DNA of 57,396 bases, filler included, from Basidiobolus ranarum (Eukaryota): the NCBI GenBank assembly GCA_040143965.1. It is 7 parts of 7 records of this genome, joined end to end, with 100 filler letters (N's around TTAATTAATTAA, not from the genome) between each part and the next. Parts side by side here need not be neighbours in the genome. Positions count along the whole stretch, not along the records: positions 1 to 8,124 come from JASJQH010001014.1; positions 8,225 to 16,346 come from JASJQH010001015.1; 5 more parts are not named here. One strand, 5' to 3'. Position 1 is the first letter of the stretch; each line of letters starts with the position of its first letter. A program made the position numbers and the translations under genes. The notes under the pieces were generated by a model, which did not search any database, was not told the origin of the DNA, and was given only the letters and a program-made list of their open reading frames with translations. Below are positions 1-9,781 of this stretch, piece after piece.

Positions 1-1
1 A

Positions 2-2157
2 CAAAAACAGCAGCAACAACATCCAGCTACGAATACATCACAATTACCTAATCAAATATCGCCACCAGGACAGCAGCTACGCCCTTCATTACCACCATCA
101 CAGCCACAGCCACAACCCTCGCCTTCACAGCAACCTAAAAAGCTACAGCAAGCAGCTCCTGTTTCTGTACCTCAAGTCCATAGCTCTCAGCATGTAACCA
201 AGTCAACTAATGTGCAAGAAAGCGATGCACAACTTGCGAACATGCCTAAAATATCCAAAGCATCAGGTAATGTGTCATCACCCGTCAGCGTGGGTATAAA
301 CGGCAAAGCTCCCGATAACAACTCTGAAGTTGCAAAGCCATCTATTAGTAGCCCAAAGTTACCCAAAACCCATAAAGCTACGACATCACCTAAGCCTGCA
401 AATCCTACACCAGTTGCACCGTCTCCACAAGCAAAGGTGCCCGAGCAATCTAAAAGTGCACAATCTAGCCCTCAAATACCGACCGACGATTCGTCGAAAC
501 CTCCGGAAATACAGGTTTGGTTTTTTCATCTTCAATAGTTCCTTCGTTTAAATCTGACAGAGTTTTCCAGGCTATTTCCATGCCTAGCACTCCTGCTACC
601 GATGGTGCTCCAAACTCGCTTGCAAATCCTGTTTCCTCCACTAGTGATAGCAATTCTAGTAGCCAATCCGCAAATCCTATTTCTTCTCCTAGTCCTAAGA
701 TCTCTAGTAATCAAAACACAAACCCTGTTTCCTCCACTAATATGAAGACCTCTAGTAGCCAACCCGCGAATCCTCTTGATATCGATCAATTTATCATGGA
801 CGAAGACTTTTCCAGTTTTTTTGGAAATGTCGATAGTGATAATCTAGGAATTGGAGAGGATATGGATGTCGACTCGTTTGGCAATATGGATTTCTTTTCA
901 AATATGGGATTCATGGGTGGATCAGGTACCCTGATTTAACAATTCATTGCATATAGAGCTGTACATTAATTCTTATTTTCTAATTAGATAACCCAGTAGA
1001 ATCACAATCAAACGGACAAGTGTTGCAACTTCATGCTCAATTAGCTGGGCACACCAACAAGGTAAGCACCTGTGCTATTTCAAGCAAAGGTGATTGGTTG
1101 GCCAGTGCTGGACATGACAAAAAGGTAAACATAATACGTTTATCCTATTTAACTACAATCACTTACTAGGATCGATTCGTGTAGGTTCTTATCTGGTCGA
1201 TATTTAATAAATCGTTGGCACACACATTGGATGGGCATACTCAACAGATAACCAATGCCAGATTTAGTCCAGATGATCGGCAGCTCTTGGCCACTGCATC
1301 ATACGATAAGACAGTGCGGATTTGGAATATTGGCTCCTCGAATAAAGTAGAGTGTGCGACAACCTTTACTGGTCATACACGATCAGTTACGGCAATTGAT
1401 TTTTGTCCAGTAGCTGGTAGTAATAGCTGCTGCTCGGTGGACGCAGAAGGGGAGTTAAAAGTCTGGAACATCTTTACCGGAATTTGCGAAAAGACAATTA
1501 GACTTGTAAGTTAACTGCGTAGACTTATGTTTGGAATACTGTATTTAATCGTTGTAACTTCAGTCTAGTACATCCAAATACTCCGGGTATTCGTCTAATC
1601 CTGTGCGTTACAACCCACAGGCGGGGTCCAAAGTTGCCACAGCGATATCCAATACACTAATATATATTGATGTGTTTGCCTGCGAAGATAATTCATCAGC
1701 TTCAGACCACCTTTCTACTCGCACCTTCGCTACTCAACACAGCAAAAATATATTCACGGTGGATTGGTCCTTGGACGGGTCTTTTCTGTTGACCGCTTCT
1801 GAAGACTTAATATGTGTATGGGATGCAACCACTTTTAAGGTTATATATACGCAGCAACCACAAACTGGAAAAATATCTAGTTGTTGTTTCCTGGCTAATA
1901 ACAATCCGACCTCCAACAGTAAAACACTTCGGGTAGCTATTGGGGAGTACGAAGTAATCTATATCTGGGCTTTTGCAGGTGGTGATGGTGAGGCCAAGTT
2001 GAAAGCAATGCCTGGTGCTCAGAATGGAGTGGTTTCCTGTTTGGCCAGTGGTTATATAAGTGATACATCGACTAATAATAAGAGTCCCATCTTACTATTG
2101 ACCAGCGCTTCCGGTTCAAAAGATGAAAATCTAAAGACTTGGATTGTTAGCACCTAG
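2..2157 (+). CDS. Q/P-rich + WD40 repeat protein, LEUNIG/LUH-like transcriptional corepressor (5' truncated by window start)
   Basis: Exons about <2-514, 571-925, 988-1124, 1185-1505, 1564-2157 joined by GT-AG introns keep one frame. N-terminal part QKQQQQHPAT...QPQPQP, acidic-aromatic segment DIDQFIMDEDFSSFF, then WD repeats GHTNKVSTCAISSKGDWLASAGHDKKVLIW, GHTQQITNARFSPDDRQLLATASYDKTVRIW, GHTRSVTAIDFCP. Confidence 0.85.
622..774 (+). repeat. 48-nt (16-aa) coding tandem repeat, about 3.2 copies
   Basis: ANPVSSTSDSNSSSQS / ANPISSPSPKISSNQN / TNPVSSTNMKTSSSQP / ANP; DNA unit begins gcaaatcctgtttcctccact. Confidence 0.85.
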
Positions 2158-2829
2158 AGTAGTGCCAGGTATTTGATCTTTATTTTTTCCGCGCACCTTG
2201 TCAGTTACCTTTTTCACACATTTTCTTGTCGATATACTAAGTTCTGGCTATACTTGTGCCGTGAGCTGTTTTGCCAACTCTTTTCAATATCTTTACCTAC
2301 TTCACATACATTTTTTTCCTAGGTACAACCTTAGCAAAATCACAAGCCAATACATCCTTCGTTTTGTACTTCTTTTGAGCAGTATTAATCTATTCATTTT
2401 TATCTTTACCTGACTTCTACTTTAGACTTTCGACCACATTTTTACATACTACACAACCGACTACTAAATATATTTCTTTCGCTGATTTTGTCCAATTGTC
2501 TCTAGTTCATATATCTCAAGCTTCATGAAAACGTACCAATTTCCACTGATACATGACATTATTGTTCGATTGTTACGTTTTTGGTTATATACTCCATTAG
2601 AAGGATACTAGAAGCTGTTTAAAAATCCAAGAATTTGAAGAAGCACATTTCTTTTATGGTACAACATATGCATTTCGGTGTACTTGTGAAGTTATTATAT
2701 TTAAGCACCCAGCGCTGCCTTGTACTCTTCAACATCTAAATAATAAGTGTGTGGATGTAGCGACGATATATCGCTTTACCTTCAAGAGCCACTACTCATC
2801 GGGAATACGCCACCTTTAGGGTTATTTAT

Positions 2830-3130
2830 TAAGCGTAGAAAACCATAGTTGTGTGCACGATAGCCAATGAGATAGGATTGATAAGAAAATAATTGTGTAA
2901 CTGGGGTCCTATCTTGTTGAAACAGATTGGTGATGTAATATTGTTATGCACAATGGTGGACATCTTAAGGGGAACATCAGAGATGCTCGTTAACAAGTCA
3001 CGGGGATAGAGATTGCTGGCAAGATATGAAGTAATGGTCGTTGTGTGGTTAACTGTAAGCGATCGCTCTCTTGAATAAATAGTCACGATCAACAGATTTT
3101 TAATAGTCACCATTGTTTGTAGAATCATCT
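2830..3130 (-). mobile_element. possible highly decayed non-LTR retrotransposon 3' (zf-RVT-like) fragment
   Basis: A stop-interrupted minus frame reads LTTQRPLLHILPAISIPVTC*RASLMFPLRCPP, loosely like the LP.R..L....P.....C..C...H..F.CP end of fungal LINE ORF2. Confidence 0.2.
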
Positions 3131-3541
3131 TTGAAACACGCGATGTTCAAAACCTTAATTCTAATGTATTCTGTTCACATCCTGTTCAAACCAATCAATA
3201 AATGGGAAATATTAACGAACCAAATTATCCAGTAATTTTATATGATTCCATATCTTTGATTTATTATCAATTTTGGAATGAATTATGAAGGTTGTAAATC
3301 GATGACTGCAGGCCCCAGGTCTTGAGAATTTGCTCTGAAATTCCCCTGAGGTCAGATAACTAGATATTCAGATGAGAAATAAACTGTCACAATTCTTATT
3401 TATATCCTTATTTGCTTCCCTTGGGAAGTTATCCACCTGCAAGTATATTTCAGCGAAATAAGACACGTATCTATCTTAAAGAACTTTAGATTTGGTCAAA
3501 GTAAAAATTTAAATACTTAGCGCCTATATTTTTTCAACTGA

Positions 3542-6505
3542 ATGGATACCAACAGTAGTTCCACTGCTTCGACTGCTCCCCATGATGAGAATTCAACCTC
3601 ATCTGACTCAGTTTCCGCAGATTCGAAGCACTCGACACATCCCGATTCCTTTGATAGTTCTCTTAATGATAATGCCCACCCTATAGCGGAATCATCCCTT
3701 ACTTCGAATACCCACTTTAACTCAGATGAGTTCCCAGTTGATTTGAAACCCAATTCTGAGGAAGGTAATGTATGGAGTACCCTCGTTAAAGAGGAGGACT
3801 CTTCACTTACGCAAGAACCTTCTCAAGATTCCACTACCTTGCCGACTGGAGATCTCAATTTACCCTCCAGTCAATCCATCTCTCGAAGCACCTCAAATAA
3901 TCTACCAGAAACCAGCTTACAAAGCGATTCTTTTGCTACTGTTTCACATATGAATACTCCAACTATAAAAATTTCTCCGAGCTTCTATACCGCGGCAGAG
4001 TGTGGAAATGGCAATGCTCTATTTGAAATATTGAACGCCCTAGTGCAGGAGACCGGTTACTCGCCCCAAGATATAATAAATACACCCTCTAGCTCTACAG
4101 GATTGACAGTATTACATTATGCAGCTTCAAGAGGTCATGTAATCCTCATTGAGTATCTTTTAGATTCTGGAGCGGAGGTAGATCTAACAGACCGCGAAGG
4201 AGAGGTAAATAATTCTACTATGTACTCATATTTTATTCTTTAAAGAGTCCTAATTCTTTCATTACAATTACAGACTGCTTTATTAAAAGCCGCTTATAGT
4301 GGTCACCTAGATGTAGTCAAATGTCTAGTTGGTAATTATGCCGTTGTGCATCAGCAAGACAAAGATGGTTGGACTGCACTACACAACGCATGCTCTGGAG
4401 GGCATTTGGAAGTGGTAAAGTGGCTATTGAAAAACACAGCTGTCGATGTAAACGTGAGAAGTAAAATGAATCATACTCCCTTGAGTACGCTATTTCAGCT
4501 TATTTGTACAAAGTAATACAACAACTCAAATTTTCATATGTTTAGTGAATGCTGCTTCCAGAGGATACTTGGAAATCATAATCTACTTATTAGATGAAGC
4601 CGATGCAGACTCGTCAATTCGAAACGATTTTGGTGAGAAAGCATATGATGTCGCAGCGGCTAGAACGGAGGCTCAAATATGTGAAATACTTGATGATAAC
4701 GAAAAAGAGGCACAAGGTATCTAGTTGCGAAGCTGATAATCAAAGATTTTGTATTAAATACTAAACCATATTACTAGATGATTATGACACTGTTAGAGAT
4801 CACTTGACTGTTTTAATAATATTGAATGAAAACCAACGTTCTCCTCAAACTCTGCTTTCTCGATTGGCATCGCCTCGATTTTCAATTGGGACTTTATCGG
4901 AAATTGGTGTTCACCCATGGACTCTGGTCAATGGTAGCCCCACCTCCAAGGAGACCATTCAATTACCTTTTTCAAATAGTGAGACTGGTTTAGAAGAAGA
5001 GTGGTTTTGGCTGACTGATTGGCAAATTGACCTGGGGCATACAAAAGTAGATCCTGAAGAAGGTTGGCAGTACGCCTATTCCTTTGATGCACCCGAAAGT
5101 AAATGGTATAGATCACCACCAGATGCCGGTTTGGGTAGTAGCTGGGTGAGAAGAAGAAGATGGATTAGAGTCATGAAGCGTAAATTAGATGTCTACAATA
5201 TGCATATTGATTTACCTTCTCCTAGTCAAAATAAGAATGTCATTTCGGCCCCTATCCAGTTAGGCGAACCTTCTAGCTCTGCTAACAGACCTAGTGCCAT
5301 TGCAATTCAGCTAAGTAACCATTTCGGTAGGTTATCTTTCTCTCAAGTTGGTGGTTTCGACATTTCTAATCAATCAATTATAGACTGCCGCGCTGACACC
5401 AATTTGAGCGAACATCAAACAAGCCGAAGCCTTCAAGCCTCCGATAGAGGTTCTCTTCCCCGTTCTAATACTGGTATTTCCACTTGATCTCTACTAAAAG
5501 GAACCCGAGATTGAATAATAACCAAACGTGCCTTTTATAGAAAATGCACAACAACGTTTTTCCACTCCTACTTCTCGTACTAGATCCAACACGATGCCGT
5601 CTATAAATAGGACACGCGCGCCACAAACTCCGGATTCATCATCTTCAAATACTAATACGACTGCGGGAGTGCCTTCACTATCACTTCGTGCAGCAAACTC
5701 TTCATCAACACCACTTTCTCCCTTATCTCCATCGCTATGGGAGTCAGATGACGAGGCATCAGACTGTCGTCAATGTGGCCGCCGATTTATGCTATTCTTT
5801 CGTCGCCATCATTGTCGGTACGGATATTTCATTTAGTTACCTTGAGATCTAACCTTGATGTTGACTTGCATTTGCTATGGAATAGGCGTTGTGGACTTGT
5901 TTTTTGTGATAGGTGTACATCTTCTCGCTTTCCTTTTCTCAATCCGGCTTCCATTGGTGATACTACAGTCGCATATCAGCGTGCCTGTGACACATGTTTT
6001 GCACTGTTGAACTCGCTACCAAAGAATTCAAGCCAATTAGTCACATCTTCGTTAATGAGCAGAAGTAATAGTCAAGCCAGTTTAATGAATGAGTGCCCGG
6101 TTTGCTTTACATCTTTGCAGAACACATTCATGAGTAGAGAAGCCCAAGAACGGCACGTTAAAGAGTGCTTGGAAAAAAGGGAATTTAACTCTTCTCCTAA
6201 AGGACCAAGATATTTGGGTGAGTGTATAGCGATCAACATCCAGTGAACCATTTTACTTATTCATTATATTCAGTTTTTAAGTTGAAAGAAGATTCCAATC
6301 TTTTGGGACAAGAATGCCCAATATGCTTCGAAGAGTTTGAACAAGGTGTGTCTCTTTTACATTGCACTAATGATAACGCTGATAACTGATGTTAGAATAC
6401 TTAGGTGAAACACTGGCTCGACTCACCTGTCTTTGCATATTTCATCGAGAATGCATTGATTCTTGGTTCGATCGTGGTAAACAGTGTCCATTCCATTCAG
6501 GCTAA
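3542..6505 (+). CDS. Ankyrin repeat + DysF (Pex24/dysferlin) + FYVE + RING protein (Pib1-like C-terminus, putative PI3P-binding E3 ligase)
   Basis: Exons about 3542-4204, 4274-4484, 4546-4716, 4778-5473, 5541-5817, 5886-6217, 6274-6345, 6405-6505. Ankyrin motifs TVLHYAASRGH, TALLKAAYSGH, TALHNACSGGH; DysF ENQR...WFWLTDWQID...EEGWQYA...WVRRRRWIR; FYVE WESD..CRQC..F..FFRRHHCRRCGLVFC..C; RING CPICFEEF...CLCIFHRECIDSWF..CPFH. Confidence 0.9.
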
Positions 6506-8124
6506 ACAATGCATTATGTATTATGAATGCTAAACATGTTTCCTTGTTCTTTTTTTGCTCATATAACAAATCAATACGGGCACCAGTCTAGTTATTCCTC
6601 CACTCGTTCATTTCTCAATAGCTATGGGGTTGGTATCCGTGTATATATAAAAATATTCATCTGATTTTCATTTTCGTAAACCTATGCTCAATATCAACCC
6701 ATTAATTGTATGGGTATCCTTTACCTTGTCTTCGTGCTTTTTAAATCGCCCCTCCAACCCTTTGTCTTCAATCTATGTATGCGTATAGTCGTAATTACAT
6801 CAAGATACGATCTACTATTCCTTGGAATAGCCAAATTTCTAGTCCAACCTAAAGAAAATGATCCTTGAGAAGAAGGCATCATTTCATACTATATACAGTA
6901 AAAATAACAATGCATTCTCCTGGAGTTTAAATAATCGATGGCAAACCTCCATCTAACACAGACGAATCAAGGTAATCACGTCTTCCATTCTCTAGTCGTC
7001 GAATTTTTAATAGCCAGTCATAGAAATACTACAATACTCAATTCTCTTGGGGAAAGTCGCCTGTAGTAAAAAGCTCTCCATATATTGGTCAATATACGGT
7101 TCAGTCTGGAATAAACAATATTTGATTCAACCACAAAACCTGAGACCCATTTATTGCTAGTCGCTATTCTCTCCACACTCCTGTTGTGACTGTTTCTATT
7201 TATTCCCGGATTTGACACATCTATTCAAGCATGAATTTAATTTTGAATTGGTTTGATAAATATTCTTGATATCCTCTAAGCAGAGTTGTCAAAGATACTG
7301 CATACCGCGGAATAATTCTGACTGCATGTATTATCCACAAGGTTTTAAATTTCTTGAACTTTATTGTGGACATTATAAATGTGTGTGCTTTTCTTGCTTC
7401 GGTATTCTCTGCATTTACTTCCTTCACTGTTCATCTTTTAACTAAAGAGATAAAAGGCTGTCTACTTCTTTTACTGAGGCGATTATATATCTTACTGTGT
7501 CGCTGCCTCTGACGAAAATAATCTTTCTACTAGTTTATATCAAGCTGGGATCTACTCATATAGTGATTTGACAGCATGTTTAGATAGTAAGTTTCCGCTG
7601 AGGGCAGCATCTATCGAGTTCCTCTCCCTTCTGATATTGATGAGCAGATTATATTCTCAATACTTTATATCATTGGTACTTTGACCTTCAAGTTCCCTTT
7701 GTACTAAAATTAGTGAGTACATGGCTGCTTTGTTACTTCATTATATGATGACTCAACTTCCCAAACTCTGTTACTTTCTATGTAATTGAACCTGGCATTT
7801 ATCAGCATGTCGAGATTGTTGGTTTAAGCATGGGTGGATGTATTGGGTTATGTAATGGTTGTTTCTATTCCCTTTGGGATGCAGGTTATGCCAAAAAATA
7901 CTTCCCAATCATTTCAGAATAGTCTACATCCTGGTTTTTCGCTTTTTAACATCCAAATGCTTTTCTTCTTTCCAGTTGGTGACTACTTTTGGGTCAGAGA
8001 ATTGAAAGATGAGAACGTTCTTGTACTTTTGTATAGTGTGGCTTCTTATTCTGTAGGCGTCATGGTTCGCTTAGTGATCATTCTTATACTAATTGTCTGG
8101 GTTATCAATAGCTCTTAGATACTT

Positions 8125-8224
8125 NNNNNNNNNNNNNNNNNNNNNNNNNNNNNNNNNNNNNNNNNNNNTTAATTAATTAANNNNNNNNNNNNNNNNNNNN
8201 NNNNNNNNNNNNNNNNNNNNNNNN
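8125..8224. other. assembly gap spacer N44-TTAATTAATTAA-N44
   Basis: Exactly 100 nt; the 12-mer puts stop codons in all six frames; the same spacer recurs six times. Confidence 0.98.
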
Positions 8225-8240
8225 GAATTAAATCATCTAG

Positions 8241-9187
8241 GCCGATACAACTAGAGACTACTTGAAAAATGTAGAACAAGGGCCTTACCAGTTACCTGAA
8301 GCCCCTGTCATTATGTCACCTGATCGCCTCTTTACGTCTTTACATCGGTAAGAGATAATCTAGTAGTTGGCTTAGTTAAATGGAGATCTTAATGGATATA
8401 ATTACTATAGGGAAGTGATCATGAGACAGCCTCAGATCTTCAAAATGGCATGCTTACGTGATATCAAACAACTCTTTGGGGGACATAATCCATTTTACGC
8501 AGGGTTTGGAAATCGAATTACTGTATGTATTTTATTGATGAAAACTCGCAGTATACTTCATTGAATTGACGAAATTTCATTTTTAGGACGCATTATCTTA
8601 CCGAAGTGTTGGTGTTCCTGTATCACGTATTTTCACTATAGAATATTCTGGGGATCTTAAACTTGAATTACTTGCGGGATACATTTCATCGTTAGTATAT
8701 AGCTTTAGATTCCAGAAAAGAAATATATTAACATCTCTCTCGTATTAGATACATCAAACTCAATGATCTGGTGGATCAGATATTTCCACCTCAAACCATC
8801 GCACTTGAAGCCGAATATAATGATTGGAATTACTGGAAAACGGACTTTGCAGAGATCGATATTCCGGAATTAGATGAACCCGAGCCACCGGTTAATGACC
8901 CATTGAAACCGGAGAACAAAAGAATCGGAATGCTACAAAGTTTAACTCGGATGGCATCTCGTAGTACGCTTTCATTGTATTACAACAAATCTGATGAGGA
9001 ATATGAAAGTAATCTATATCACAATTAAGATGAATTATCATTCAATGAAGAGGAGGAGGAGGAAGAAGAGGAGACAGAGAAGGATCCATTGGACGATACT
9101 ACAATCTCTATTGAAGAAACATCTGAGAATGAAGATATTAATGATGATATGGTTGCCTCGATTGACTTTAATGAATATCCATATTAA
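8241..9187 (+). CDS. PAH1: Lipin/Pah1/Ned1 phosphatidate phosphatase, C-terminal (LNS2) part; 5' end lost in gap
   Basis: Spliced [88 protein letters not shown]...|[23 protein letters not shown] matches the lipin C-LIP region. Ends at 9028 (TAA) or at 9187 if 8964-9029 is spliced out. Confidence 0.9.
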
Positions 9188-9781
9188 ATTGAATTGAATT
9201 GAATAGATCAGCAAACAATATATTATAGATACTTGCTTTCTCTAAACAAATTCACTCTAGATCCTTCACGTGAAGCAGATTGCTAGTTATATCTGGTGAA
9301 GTAACATTCCCAACCACCCAGTCAATAAATTACAACATATACGATGTAAGGTAATCATGGATTTTTAAACTGTTCTTTATAAATTAATGAATAATTCGAT
9401 TCCTCACCCACTCCCACTTTTTGGATTTTACTATACTATATACAAGAGTGCAACCGAGTTAATATTGAATTATATGAAAGAAAAAAGAATTAGTCAACTT
9501 TCGAAATAAACTATACCCTATATAAAAGAATGTGAATGAACTAGAGGAGTGAAGGTAAAACTGTTTAAACATCCCTCCCCTCCCAAAAAACTATTCTTGA
9601 CCAAAGCATATCAGGGTTTAAAAGGGAATCCATAATTAGATGTATATGTGTGTGTGCGTTGCGTGTTAGAAATGGATCTTTTGAAGTACAATTTCATTTC
9701 TCTCCTCGAAATTAAATTTTGTTCAACAAGTCAAAAGAGGATATTTAGACCAACGATTGGATGTTCAAAGGTATACCAATT

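Noticed and set aside
6660-8124. Possible retroelement relic or genes (short ORFs 7018-7427, 7834-8118)
   Set aside because: Stop-riddled, with no motif I can defend; probably decayed repeat DNA but unassignable.
8169-8180. Palindromic TTAATTAATTAA (PacI-like) recurring six times
   Set aside because: Always centred in N runs of identical length; an assembly linker, not a biological element.
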